26,319 nucleotides of DNA from positions 1-26,319 of the IMG/VR virus record IMGVR_UViG_3300032266_000279; one strand, given 5' to 3'. Below, piece by piece: positions 1 to 7,831 of this stretch (the first letter of the stretch is position 1; each line of letters starts with the position of its first letter). This stretch comes from a virus. Its lineage: Duplodnaviria > Caudoviricetes. The translations under genes and the position numbers were made by a program. Below the pieces are notes generated by a model, which worked only from the letters and a program-made list of their open reading frames with translations, had not been told where the DNA came from and did not search any database.

Positions 1-395
1 CTGATGACGCGGGCCCGAAGCATCTGCCTCGGGTACTGTTTCCAAATGTCGCGGTTTGCAAGTCCTGCCGATGTTGCGCGTTGCCAGTCCCAGTCGAGAG
101 TGAGGGTGCCACCGCTTGGATGGCTAAACGTGCCGACGACTTTTTTGTCGGTGTAAATCGGCCACTCGACCCGTCCGCCTGCGCTTTGAAATCGCGCGAG
201 CATTGTGTCGGCCTTAAGCGTCGGACGCCCTTGGATTACGTGGTAATCCCGCGCTGCCTCCGCCGGGTGCCGTCCCTCGGCTTGGCAAAGCAGCCCAAGT
301 GCGAGCGCTTGCTGTGGTGTTTTGAGGCCGAAGAGGCCGCTTCCTGCAATGGCCTCGGCCATCTGTTGCATTTCGCTGAATGGTATTAATTGCAT
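1..395 (-). CDS. RecT/Red-beta-like single-strand annealing protein, 3' end truncated by the window edge
   Basis: Not in the ORF track. Translated by hand from ATG at 395: MQLIPFSEMQQMAEAIAGSGLFGLKTPQQALALGLLCQAEGRHPAEAARDYHVIQGRPTLKADTMLARF...AGLANRDIWKQYPRQMLRARVI. The 'HVIQGRP' and 'W..YP..ML.AR' motifs are typical of phage RecT-like SSAPs. It lies next to an exonuclease. Confidence 0.8.
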   Translation of the reverse strand, partial: MQLIPFSEMQQMAEAIAGSGLFGLKTPQQALALGLLCQAEGRHPAEAARDYHVIQGRPTLKADTMLARFQSAGGRVEWPIYTDKKVVGTFSHPSGGTLTLDWDWQRATSAGLANRDIWKQYPRQMLRARVI

Positions 396-411
396 TTTTG
401 TTTTTGGTTGT

Positions 412-430
412 CCGCGTGGAGGATGCGCGG
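412..430 (-). promoter_or_regulatory. Small GC hairpin in the leader of the RecT-like gene
   Basis: Minus strand CCGCG-CATCCTCCA-CGCGG, followed by ACAACCAAAAACAAAA-ATG. Confidence 0.4.
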
Positions 431-444
431 CCCCCTGACTGAAT

Positions 445-591
445 TTATTCTGGACTGATGTTTTGAATCAGTTCCCTATTTTTTTCTACACAAGCGATTT
501 TTCTTCTCTTGCGTTCAAATCGCTTTTCTGTGGGTGTTTTGCGTTTGTTGTCCACCCTTACACCAAGATCAACTAATCGTCGGGTTCCCAT
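445..591 (-). CDS. Small basic hypothetical protein (48 aa)
   Basis: Hand translation MGTRRLVDLGVRVDNKRKTPTEKRFERKRRKIACVEKNRELIQNISPE*. The ATG is 1 nt after the nuclease stop codon and the ORF fills the gap. Confidence 0.55.
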   Translation of the reverse strand: MGTRRLVDLGVRVDNKRKTPTEKRFERKRRKIACVEKNRELIQNISPE

Positions 592-592
592 A

Positions 593-1546
593 TTATTTGC
601 TGACGACAAGCGCCGGGTTCGATTCCTTCCGCGCCACAGGCACGTCTGGCCACAGCTTGCGAGCCTTAGCCGCTGACATGCTGCCGTGTGCCCGCAGGAG
701 TTCGGCCGGGTCCAAGTTTGCGAGGTTGCCGATCAAAACTTCCGCGTCGACGAACTCGCTGACTCGCGGTTTCTGTAGCCGCCACCCCGGAACCTCGACA
801 CCCTCGCCGAGTAGACGCCGAGCTTCCGTTTCCGCAGCCTCGCGGAAATCGTCGAAAGTTTTACAACGTAGCAGGAACTCCCCTAGTCGTGACGGATCCG
901 CAAGCATAGCTGCAAACGTTTCTTGAGTCGTTGCTAACGTGGTTTCCGTTGCCGTCACTCGAGCTGAGCACGTTAACGACTTGGCGCACCAGCCGCAATA
1001 GTCGTTTAGCACTGGCGCGGTGCCAATGTTGGCGAGCACTCCCTCAACGATCTGCCGAGCCTCGGCATACGTAAACGTGCGAGACACCACGCGCTGCTGG
1101 TCTGCAAATATGAGGTGCGCAGTCCACGAGCCGCGCATGTGATGGTGCATGAGCCCAAGTGCGTACGCGGCCATTTGCGCCTCGTAATCGTATATTTGAC
1201 CCGTCTTAAGGTCGGCGTGCCATCCGCCATGCGCACAGATTGCGTCAGCGGTGCCGATGTGTTCCATGCCGGGAGTGCGGACGCGGCACTTGTCCTCGTC
1301 CGTCTCGACGATGTCGAGGTGCGACGTCCGCCGCCGCATGAGCGCGTTGATGGCCCAGCGGACCACGCCGGCATCCTCATCGCTGATTGCGTTATGGTCG
1401 CCCATGTCGCCTGTCTGCCATGCCTGTCGGAATACGCCGTCGAGAATAGTTCCGCGTTGTGCAGCTGGTCCGGCCTCGCCGGGTGCGCCTTCGTATTGCC
1501 CGCACAAGGCAAGCTTCGGAAGGCTAGAGTGTCTTGGTGTTGTCAT
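593..1546 (-). CDS. PD-(D/E)XK exonuclease, Cas4/AddB/DUF2800-like
   Basis: GTADAI...ADLKTG...AQMAAYALG nuclease motifs. One N-terminal Cys (LALC) plus C-terminal CGWC-x5-C suggest an Fe-S staple. Adjacent to the SSAP. Confidence 0.85.
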   Translation of the reverse strand: MTTPRHSSLPKLALCGQYEGAPGEAGPAAQRGTILDGVFRQAWQTGDMGDHNAISDEDAGVVRWAINALMRRRTSHLDIVETDEDKCRVRTPGMEHIGTADAICAHGGWHADLKTGQIYDYEAQMAAYALGLMHHHMRGSWTAHLIFADQQRVVSRTFTYAEARQIVEGVLANIGTAPVLNDYCGWCAKSLTCSARVTATETTLATTQETFAAMLADPSRLGEFLLRCKTFDDFREAAETEARRLLGEGVEVPGWRLQKPRVSEFVDAEVLIGNLANLDPAELLRAHGSMSAAKARKLWPDVPVARKESNPALVVSK

Positions 1547-1845
1547 TGGTTTTGTTTTTCAAAATGAGCGACCAATCGAGCTTTTACGGTTTTCAAAACA
1601 AGCAACTGTACAAGTTTTTGAATTTTACAACGATAGTTTTTAATATCATCGTCATCCATAAATTCACGCATTGCTTCAAATTCCTTCCATAAATTGCGTC
1701 CTAAAACTATATCAACCTGCTCACTACCAAGCAGATTTAATCGGGCTAATAAGTCTGTTTCTGTACTATAAAATAAAGATTCTTCTTTGAGAGCATCTAG
1801 TTTGCGTTTAATAAGCTGGTCTACTTGCGTTTTAGTTAGTTGCAT
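1543..1845 (-). CDS. AT-rich hypothetical protein (100 aa, MQLTKTQVDQLIKRK...)
   Basis: ORF track 1543..1884. ATG 1845 is preferred because it follows an A/C-rich leader. The stop overlaps the nuclease start (ATGA). Confidence 0.7.
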   Translation of the reverse strand: MQLTKTQVDQLIKRKLDALKEESLFYSTETDLLARLNLLGSEQVDIVLGRNLWKEFEAMREFMDDDDIKNYRCKIQKLVQLLVLKTVKARLVAHFEKQNQ

Positions 1846-1859
1846 TGGTTTTGTTTTTC
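1544..1859. repeat. 17-bp perfect direct repeat flanking the AT-rich gene
   Basis: cattggttttgtttttc at 1544-1560 and at 1843-1859 (minus strand GAAAAACAAAACCAATG). Confidence 0.85.
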
Positions 1860-2041
1860 TTGGGTCGGCCTCCTTTGAGACCATTGCGTTTACTGGCGTT
1901 TTTGCGTGCTTGGCTTGATAGCCGAGCCTTGAGTGTTTCGAGTTGGTCTTGGAGGTTGACAGCGTGCCCCCTGGCAGTGTCTCTCTCCATTTTTAGTGTC
2001 CGCACCTGCTCGTGCATTTTGTCGATTTGCTCGTAGGTCAT
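1832..2041 (-). CDS. Small coiled-coil protein with a basic 'NGLKGGRPKK' tail (possible DNA binding)
   Basis: Heptad-like N-terminal half. The C-terminal KGGRP motif is common in small phage proteins. Confidence 0.75.
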   Translation of the reverse strand: MTYEQIDKMHEQVRTLKMERDTARGHAVNLQDQLETLKARLSSQARKNASKRNGLKGGRPKKNKTNATN

Positions 2042-2217
2042 GCCCAGTACCTTGCACGTTTAGCCGCAGTGATGGCTACCAGCACCGCGCCGATGAGCGG
2101 GCAGAGAAGGATGGCCGCCTCGGGTTGGCCTTGGTGAGCGTGGATGCCAATAATATCGGCGACTGCGATGGCTAGGCATGCCCAGCCAATTGGGAGTGTG
2201 TGTCGTTTGGTGTTCAT
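2038..2217 (-). CDS. Small membrane protein (59 aa, two hydrophobic segments)
   Basis: Not in the ORF track. MNTKRHTLPIGWACLAIAVADIIGIHAHQGQPEAAILLCPLIGAVLVAITAAKRARYWA*. It has an A/C-rich leader and an ATGA overlap with the next gene. Confidence 0.7.
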   Translation of the reverse strand: MNTKRHTLPIGWACLAIAVADIIGIHAHQGQPEAAILLCPLIGAVLVAITAAKRARYWA

Positions 2218-2247
2218 TGTTTTTGTTTTTGTTTGGTTGTTGCTGAC

Positions 2248-2301
2248 GGCCTCGTCAGTGTCCGCGCGACGGACAGACGCGCCCCGGAGGGCGTTTCGGC
2301 C
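2248..2301 (-). ncRNA. Hammerhead ribozyme, type II
   Basis: Minus strand GGCC-GAAA-CGCCC-UCCG-GGGCGC-GUC/UGUCCG-UCGCG-CGGACA-CUGACGA-GGCC. It shows the GAAA and CUGANGA core, a GUC cleavage triplet, 6-bp stem I, bulged stem III and open stem II (GGCC/GGCC, G10.1-C11.1). It is intergenic. Confidence 0.88.
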
Positions 2302-2552
2302 TAACGGACACTATAAAAGTGTCCGCTCTCAGTCGCAGCTGCATATTCGAGCACCTCGACAACTTTGACGGCACCGCTTTTTGTAGTGACCGCCACGCGG
2401 CACACGTCTGTCTCGTGTGATCCGCCGCCGATTACCATGCGGCTTTCTTTTGCGTAATCTTTTTTGGTGATTTTGCGGTCAGCGCAAATCATCCATTCTC
2501 CGTTAATGTTACGAAAAGTTGCAGTGATTGAGGAGGATGTCGTGGCTTTCAT
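2301..2552 (-). CDS. Hypothetical early protein (83 aa, MKATTSSSITATFRNINGEW...)
   Basis: ORF track 2301..2621. ATG 2552 is preferred: it is downstream of the promoter and has an A/C-rich leader. Confidence 0.75.
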   Translation of the reverse strand: MKATTSSSITATFRNINGEWMICADRKITKKDYAKESRMVIGGGSHETDVCRVAVTTKSGAVKVVEVLEYAAATESGHFYSVR

Positions 2553-2589
2553 TGGATTGTTTTGTTTTAGGTTTCGTCTGACGTTGTAA

Positions 2590-2632
2590 AACCTAGCCGA
2601 CGCCCCACGCGACGTAAACACTTTTTTTCAAT
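2590..2632 (-). promoter_or_regulatory. Sigma70-like early promoter with A-tract UP element
   Basis: Minus strand TTGAAAAAAAGTG-TTTACG (2618-2613)-17 nt-TAGGTT (2595-2590). Confidence 0.6.
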
Positions 2633-3075
2633 TATTTTTGTACCCCTGCTAACTCACTGCGTTTACGCGCTTTCTGTTTGCGCTTTGCCGCTTTATTATT
2701 GCACGGAGTTGAACAGAACCGCGCATCTTTTTTCACGGAGTCAAACGGCGTCGCGCATTCCTCGCAAACAAACGCTATCCTCTTGCGCGTCAACTGTAAG
2801 CGTTGAAGCAGCACGCCTTTACACTCAACGCCACAGGTGCTGCGTTTCCCAGTTTCTGGTTGTTCAAATCCCAATCCGCAGACCGCGCAATCTTGAACCT
2901 TTGGAGGCTTTACAATGTTAAACTGAGGCGTCCCGGTCGGCCTTGTGATTTTGCCGTCAGCAATTGCCCGCAGCACTATCTCCCCGAGCGCCTTGTAGTT
3001 GAGCGTTTTACACGTAGGCCCGTTGTTGTAATTGCGCGGAGTCCAATGCAGTTCAGTGCCGTTCATTTTGATCAT
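2632..3075 (-). CDS. Cys-rich zinc-finger protein with a basic C-terminus
   Basis: CAVC...CGVEC...CEEC...CSTPC, i.e. two tandem treble-clef-like units. No HNH motif seen. Confidence 0.75.
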   Translation of the reverse strand: MIKMNGTELHWTPRNYNNGPTCKTLNYKALGEIVLRAIADGKITRPTGTPQFNIVKPPKVQDCAVCGLGFEQPETGKRSTCGVECKGVLLQRLQLTRKRIAFVCEECATPFDSVKKDARFCSTPCNNKAAKRKQKARKRSELAGVQK

Positions 3076-3122
3076 AGGGCGGCAACTAAACCCCAGACCG
3101 TAGGTACTGAAAAGCCTTATTT

Positions 3123-3389
3123 TTACTGGCCAGCAAGCCGGTAGTGAGGCGTGATGATCACTCTGCCGCCTGCGTTAACTGCCTTGAATTTACGCATCTC
3201 CGCATTTCGGCGCTTGAGAAGCACACGAATATTTTGGTGATCACGCCCAGTTGCCTCAACAATTTGCGCCATAGTGGCCCAGCCTTCTCCCTCAGGCGGG
3301 AAAGTCACGTTAAGCTCTTGCGCTAGCTCGGTTAGCCAGCCTACACCGGAAGTTTGAATGTCTGACTTTTGGTTTCTTTTGCTAGCCAT
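3123..3389 (-). CDS. Hypothetical protein, possible HTH (88 aa, MASKRNQKS...)
   Basis: ORF track 3123..3506. ATG 3389 is preferred to limit overlap. 'WATMAQIVEATGRDHQNIRVLL' resembles a helix-turn-helix. Confidence 0.6.
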   Translation of the reverse strand: MASKRNQKSDIQTSGVGWLTELAQELNVTFPPEGEGWATMAQIVEATGRDHQNIRVLLKRRNAEMRKFKAVNAGGRVIITPHYRLAGQ

Positions 3390-4087
3390 GTTTGAGTTTC
3401 GTTGTCGCAAAATTCTCCCCACGCAAAACCTCGTGACCATGAGGTCGTTGCGCGTCTGTTTGCTGCGTAAGTCGTTAATTTTGGATCCCCCAGCCAGCCC
3501 ACGCAATAGCCCGTCGGATGCGCTCTGTTGCGTCCCTCAGCCTGCGTAACTCGATGCAGGTGAGCGATGATCACCTTATTATGACTGCCCGTGGAAATGG
3601 CTTCTGCATGATCCCTTACGGCCATTTCATTGGCCATATAACCGTGACCTGCCAACGCATCGCCAAATGGATACCACCCGTGCTGGAAATCGTAGTCGAT
3701 CACCTTGCATTTTAGCTCCTTAGCTCTGTCTTGAATCTGCTGGTAAACCCGAGCGGCCAGTGCTGCAACGATGGCTTTCGGTGAACTCATTAGATGCACC
3801 AGCCGCGCCTCGTGGTTTCCAAGCAAATAAACCTGTGGCTGGAGTTGCGACAGAAACGCCAGCCCGTCGTTGAGGTCGCCCTCAGGATCACACCCCTCGT
3901 CTGAGGTGCCTTGGCTGCCAGACCTAAGGCAGGCTAAGTCCAGTGCATCCCCCAAATGAATCGTAAGTGAAGGTTGAAACCGTTGCTTAAATGCCAGCAC
4001 CTGACGTAGTAACGCTTGATCCGCAAGATGCCCGTGCGAGCACCCTACAGCCATCCAGCGCCGCCATTTGCGGGTAATGTTAGCCAT
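3341..4087 (-). CDS. Calcineurin-like metallophosphoesterase
   Basis: Motifs GCSHG (DxH variant), HLGDALD, LGNHE, GHG and AHLHR. Confidence 0.85.
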   Translation of the reverse strand: MANITRKWRRWMAVGCSHGHLADQALLRQVLAFKQRFQPSLTIHLGDALDLACLRSGSQGTSDEGCDPEGDLNDGLAFLSQLQPQVYLLGNHEARLVHLMSSPKAIVAALAARVYQQIQDRAKELKCKVIDYDFQHGWYPFGDALAGHGYMANEMAVRDHAEAISTGSHNKVIIAHLHRVTQAEGRNRAHPTGYCVGWLGDPKLTTYAANRRATTSWSRGFAWGEFCDNETQTWLAKETKSQTFKLPV

Positions 4088-4607
4088 GCGTCACGGCTAG
4101 CTGGAGAGCGTTGCAACGGTTGAGCCACCCTTTCAAAAATACGCCTTGAGTCGCGTTGCGATCCACAATCCGGCGGTAATACTCACGGCGCAAATCGATA
4201 ATGTTTAGAGCGATAGCGAGCGAGTCGTTGTCATTAAGTGCGTGCTCAACGTCTTTTAAAGTCTGCGGCCCAAAACCTCCGTCCACTTTCGAGCCCACCG
4301 CTTTTTGCAGCAGTCTGGTTGCACCGCCAATGCCGATGTTTACGCAGCCGTCAAAGTGGACTAAATCGAGTGGTGCAGGCAGTTGCCCGCATTTTCCAGC
4401 CTGCCAGTATTTGCGCTCATAAATCGAACGCACCTCCTCGGCGGTTATGAGTCGAATTGATTGCGTCGGTAAGCCGCGCTCTATGCGGTCTTTGTCGTAC
4501 TCGGTGTGAGTAATGCCAAAATTTGTTGCGCCGCCGCTGTCTGCGGCATCGTTGGAGTAGCCGCCCTCCTGCGACAAAACAAATTTGAGTGCAAGGCTAT
4601 TCATCAT
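4080..4607 (-). CDS. Endolysin, glycoside hydrolase family 108, with C-terminal peptidoglycan-binding region
   Basis: EGGYSND..DSGGATNFGIT signature, IYERKYW, 'VDGGFGPQTL' and 'FLKGWLNR'. Confidence 0.92.
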   Translation of the reverse strand: MMNSLALKFVLSQEGGYSNDAADSGGATNFGITHTEYDKDRIERGLPTQSIRLITAEEVRSIYERKYWQAGKCGQLPAPLDLVHFDGCVNIGIGGATRLLQKAVGSKVDGGFGPQTLKDVEHALNDNDSLAIALNIIDLRREYYRRIVDRNATQGVFLKGWLNRCNALQLAVTHG

Positions 4608-4824
4608 CGTCCTCCTCCTCGTCTTGTCCGGCCATCATTTCCAGCCAGTTTTCCATTTGTTTCTGCCGAGCTAACACGTTGCCGTAGCCAATATTAAAAA
4701 CGTCTGTATGGTCTGGCGTTTCCGCCTGCGCAAAAATTTGCACAACGTCAAAATGCTCACTAAGCGCCTGCGCAACTCGTCCAAGAAAATCCTCTTCAGT
4801 TTCGCCGGGTAGTGGAGCAATCAT
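4597..4824 (-). CDS. Acidic hypothetical protein in the lysis cassette
   Basis: 75 aa, ends DEEEDDDE, overlaps both neighbours. Confidence 0.7.
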   Translation of the reverse strand: MIAPLPGETEEDFLGRVAQALSEHFDVVQIFAQAETPDHTDVFNIGYGNVLARQKQMENWLEMMAGQDEEEDDDE

Positions 4825-4982
4825 TTGGCTTGCAGTGCTTTATAAAACTTGTAGGCTGTGTAGCTTATGGCCAAGGCCAGCGAGCAAATGCGTAATCCTG
4901 TTTCAAACTCGCTCACGGAAATCGCCACAGCTACGCTATTTACATAGCCAACGCTAAGGATGTCGTCAATGTGTCTGCTCAT
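4821..4982 (-). CDS. Small membrane protein, holin/antiholin-like (53 aa)
   Basis: Not in the ORF track. MSRHIDDILSVGYVNSVAVAISVSEFETGLRICSLALAISYTAYKFYKALQAK*. ATGA overlaps at both ends. Confidence 0.7.
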   Translation of the reverse strand: MSRHIDDILSVGYVNSVAVAISVSEFETGLRICSLALAISYTAYKFYKALQAK

Positions 4983-5227
4983 CGGTTTTGTAAATGTTTA
5001 ATGGCAGAGACTGCGTCGAGTAGCTCTAGTTCAAGTGCTTGATACCTAGCCGCTGAATGCCACGTTTCAACGCCCGTTGCCCGGTACGTCTGCCCCGCTT
5101 GCAGATGGAGCAATCCCGACGGCGGGTAAAGCGATCCCAGCGGCACGCGTGAAACGCTGGCGCAACCTGTCAGCAAGAGCGTCGTTGCCAGCAGTTCGAG
5201 CGGTAAGAATAGCGGTTTCGGTTTCAT
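4979..5227 (-). CDS. Lipoprotein, putative o-spanin (Rz1-like)
   Basis: Signal peptide with LTGC lipobox. Overlaps the upstream ORF in another frame inside the lysis cassette. Confidence 0.7.
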   Translation of the reverse strand: MKPKPLFLPLELLATTLLLTGCASVSRVPLGSLYPPSGLLHLQAGQTYRATGVETWHSAARYQALELELLDAVSAIKHLQNR

Positions 5228-5324
5228 CGCAGTAGCGTTCGATTTCTCGCGTAAGTTGCCAGTGCGCAGCGATTACGCGCAACTGCAACCAGCTACTGAG
5301 CGACTGGAGGAGGAGTAGGACCAT
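5067..5324 (-). CDS. Putative i-spanin (Rz-like)
   Basis: Hydrophobic N-terminus MVLLLLQSLSSWLQL followed by a helical region. Overlaps the lipoprotein gene. Start chosen at ATG 5324. Confidence 0.55.
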   Translation of the reverse strand: MVLLLLQSLSSWLQLRVIAAHWQLTREIERYCDETETAILTARTAGNDALADRLRQRFTRAAGIALPAVGIAPSASGADVPGNGR

Positions 5325-5487
5325 TGTTCTCGCCAAGGAAAATTGCTAACGCGCCTGCAATAGCCGCCACCGCGTGCGTGATCGCTTGGAACTTGGCGTC
5401 TGGCAGGTTAACGCCAACGAGCCCCAGAAGGGCCGAAAGTCCAGCGTAAGTTGAAGGTTCCTGAAGTCGTTTAAGAAGTGTTTTCAT
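5293..5487 (-). CDS. Holin-like protein (2 TM)
   Basis: 'KRLQEPSTYAGL' N-terminus and two hydrophobic helices. First gene of the lysis cassette. Confidence 0.7.
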   Translation of the reverse strand: MKTLLKRLQEPSTYAGLSALLGLVGVNLPDAKFQAITHAVAAIAGALAIFLGENNGPTPPPVAQ

Positions 5488-5491
5488 AAAA

Positions 5492-7822
5492 TCAAACCGT
5501 AATCAGTGCCGTTTTTTTCCAAGTGTTGTTGGCCGTGCAGATGTACATAAAATTCGCATCAAACGCCATTTGCCCGGGACGACCAACAGCCGTTGCCGTT
5601 GCGGGCACTGCGCCTGTGCCGCCAGCCGCGCCGTTGATAAATGTGGCTTTAATGCAACGAATCTGCCCAGTAATCGTCGTGGAACTAACAGTTTGCGACG
5701 CTGAAACTGTGTAGGTTCCTGTGCCGCCCGTGCCCGTGCCTAGCGCGGTGATGGTTGTCCCAGCCGTTACACCTGTGCCGCTGATGAGCATCCCCACTTG
5801 AATAACGCCCGTTGGCGATCCCGTCACGGTTAAAACCGTTGTGGCAATTGATCCTGCAAATGTTGCGCCCGTTGTGACGTACTCGTTGGTCCCATCCCAC
5901 TCCACGCTATGTGCCTGCGGTATGGTCATTAACGTGCCAGCTTGAAAAGCAAATGGCACTGCGCCTGATCCTAATGATCCAGCTTGAAACGTATTTTTGC
6001 CGTTAAACGTATTACCGCCCAGCACCGCATTGTTTGATGTTCTGGCAGTTATTTGATACGCGGAGATTGCAGTTGTTCCTACAACAATGTCCCCAACGGC
6101 ACTTTGTGCGACAACAGTCCAAGCGGAATGCCACCTCGTTGAACCGAAACGCACATACGCCGACATAGGTTTTACTGTGCCAGAATACCAAGACGGCCTC
6201 TGAAAAACCGCAGATACTCCAGTTGCCCCGGCTGTTACGAGTTGCCAAAAGCCATTTTGCGCCGAAGCCCCGCTTTGATTCGTGAACAGGACTATGTCAC
6301 CGACTGCGGGAGTGTACGTTTCAACTGTAAAAACTCCTGTTGCAGTGACGGTTAGCGTGTGTGGTGTCACGCCGGTATTCATCGTTGCCGCTGTAATGGT
6401 TGTATTAACAACTTCAGCGTAGCGGAATCCTGCGCTGCCCAGATTTGTCAGCGCATCACCTGCGCTGGTTGCTCCAGTGCCGCCATAAGCCACTGCCAGT
6501 GTACCAGCACTGACATCAGCCACACTCATCGGCTGAAGGCTCACATTCGTGCCATCAGAGCGGAAATGATAGCCGCTAGTACCCGTGAGCGACGTTGCGG
6601 ATATGGCGTTTAATGCGCCCTGCTGCGATGTTGCCCCGGTGCCTCCCTGAGCTAACGTCACAGCCTGAGCCGTAGACAACGCTCCCAGCGATGCTGCGGT
6701 GATTGCCGCCACCTGTGCGGTGCTTGCCGCCCCTGCAATTTTACTCAACGCAATACCAGCCGCTGCGTCAACGTCAGCGTCAACTAACAGGCTTGCAGGC
6801 GACTGCAAAACCCCGCTGGAGTTCTTCCAAAGCCCGGTGCCGCCAACAAGCGGTAGCGAAGTATGAACGTGCGAAGGAGTTCCGTCGCCAAACTGTGCGG
6901 TTACGTTGTGATTATTGCCAGTAGCATACGCTTCAATGGCAATGTAAATTCGATCCGTAAGCGATACGGTTGTCTGCTGCACCAGAACTGAAAGCGAATA
7001 CTGCGCAGAGCTATTGTTAATGACCTGCCCACCAGAGGTGCCCAAAAGCGTTAGCGTGGTGCCGTTGTAAATGTAAGCAAGAGCGCGTATTGACGTGCCT
7101 GCCGATGCGTTTGCGTTGCCGTATGCCCAGAGGTTGAAATCCCACAGGCCTGCGGGGATGGTCGTGGTTGCCGGATCCACAGGTGCGGATTCTGAGACAA
7201 ATCCAGCCACCAGCACCCAAGTGTTTTGCGTCAGCGTGCCCGTTGTAACGGTCGTCTGCCCAGTCTCACCAGTGCGTCCCAGTTGATGTGGCGTCGCCGG
7301 GATGTTGGTTGTCGGTGCGTCAGCCGCCGTGCCTTGGTTGAGGTAGTACGTCAGCCCGTTAGCCCCACCCCCGCCGCCCGTGGACGCCGTTGCTGGTGCC
7401 CATTGAGTGCCGTTCCATGCAAGTACCTGCCCGCTGGTTGGAGTTGTTGCTGCGATAGCCGAGCCTTGGAGTGCCACAACCTGCGCTGACACTGCGCCAG
7501 CCGCGAGCGTTATGTCACCGCCGAGTGCGGGGATCTGCGATGTAGTCAGGTGCCCGCCTGTTAGTGATGCAAAGCCGGATTGTGCGCTTGTGGGAATTGC
7601 GCCGATGCTCGCCGGAGTAATTGCCGCCACCTGCGCAGTTGTTGCTAGCGACGCTAGCTGACTCGTTGGGATCGCGCCAACATCGCCCGCCGATGGCATG
7701 GCGTGAACGTGGTCAGCGCGGGAGTAGCTCTGCGACGTACCAGCCGCTGCGATGCCAAGTGCCTGCGGTGCTGACGTGCTGCCAGCGTTGAGCATTGCGC
7801 CTGTTGGTTTTGTGAGTGACAT
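5492..7822 (-). CDS. Tail fibre / receptor-binding protein (776 aa)
   Basis: Ala/Gly/Thr-rich. Fibre motifs 'YSRADHVH', '[11 protein letters not shown]' and '[12 protein letters not shown]', and a C-terminal '[24 protein letters not shown]'. Confidence 0.8.
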   Translation of the reverse strand: MSLTKPTGAMLNAGSTSAPQALGIAAAGTSQSYSRADHVHAMPSAGDVGAIPTSQLASLATTAQVAAITPASIGAIPTSAQSGFASLTGGHLTTSQIPALGGDITLAAGAVSAQVVALQGSAIAATTPTSGQVLAWNGTQWAPATASTGGGGGANGLTYYLNQGTAADAPTTNIPATPHQLGRTGETGQTTVTTGTLTQNTWVLVAGFVSESAPVDPATTTIPAGLWDFNLWAYGNANASAGTSIRALAYIYNGTTLTLLGTSGGQVINNSSAQYSLSVLVQQTTVSLTDRIYIAIEAYATGNNHNVTAQFGDGTPSHVHTSLPLVGGTGLWKNSSGVLQSPASLLVDADVDAAAGIALSKIAGAASTAQVAAITAASLGALSTAQAVTLAQGGTGATSQQGALNAISATSLTGTSGYHFRSDGTNVSLQPMSVADVSAGTLAVAYGGTGATSAGDALTNLGSAGFRYAEVVNTTITAATMNTGVTPHTLTVTATGVFTVETYTPAVGDIVLFTNQSGASAQNGFWQLVTAGATGVSAVFQRPSWYSGTVKPMSAYVRFGSTRWHSAWTVVAQSAVGDIVVGTTAISAYQITARTSNNAVLGGNTFNGKNTFQAGSLGSGAVPFAFQAGTLMTIPQAHSVEWDGTNEYVTTGATFAGSIATTVLTVTGSPTGVIQVGMLISGTGVTAGTTITALGTGTGGTGTYTVSASQTVSSTTITGQIRCIKATFINGAAGGTGAVPATATAVGRPGQMAFDANFMYICTANNTWKKTALITV

Positions 7823-7831
7823 AATTAGAAA

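Noticed and set aside
593-1546. Cas4-like gene as part of a CRISPR-Cas system
   Set aside because: No array or other cas genes are present. The context is phage recombination.
3076-3122. Possible promoter upstream of the zinc-finger gene (TTTTCA-17-TTTAGT)
   Set aside because: The match to consensus is too weak to call.
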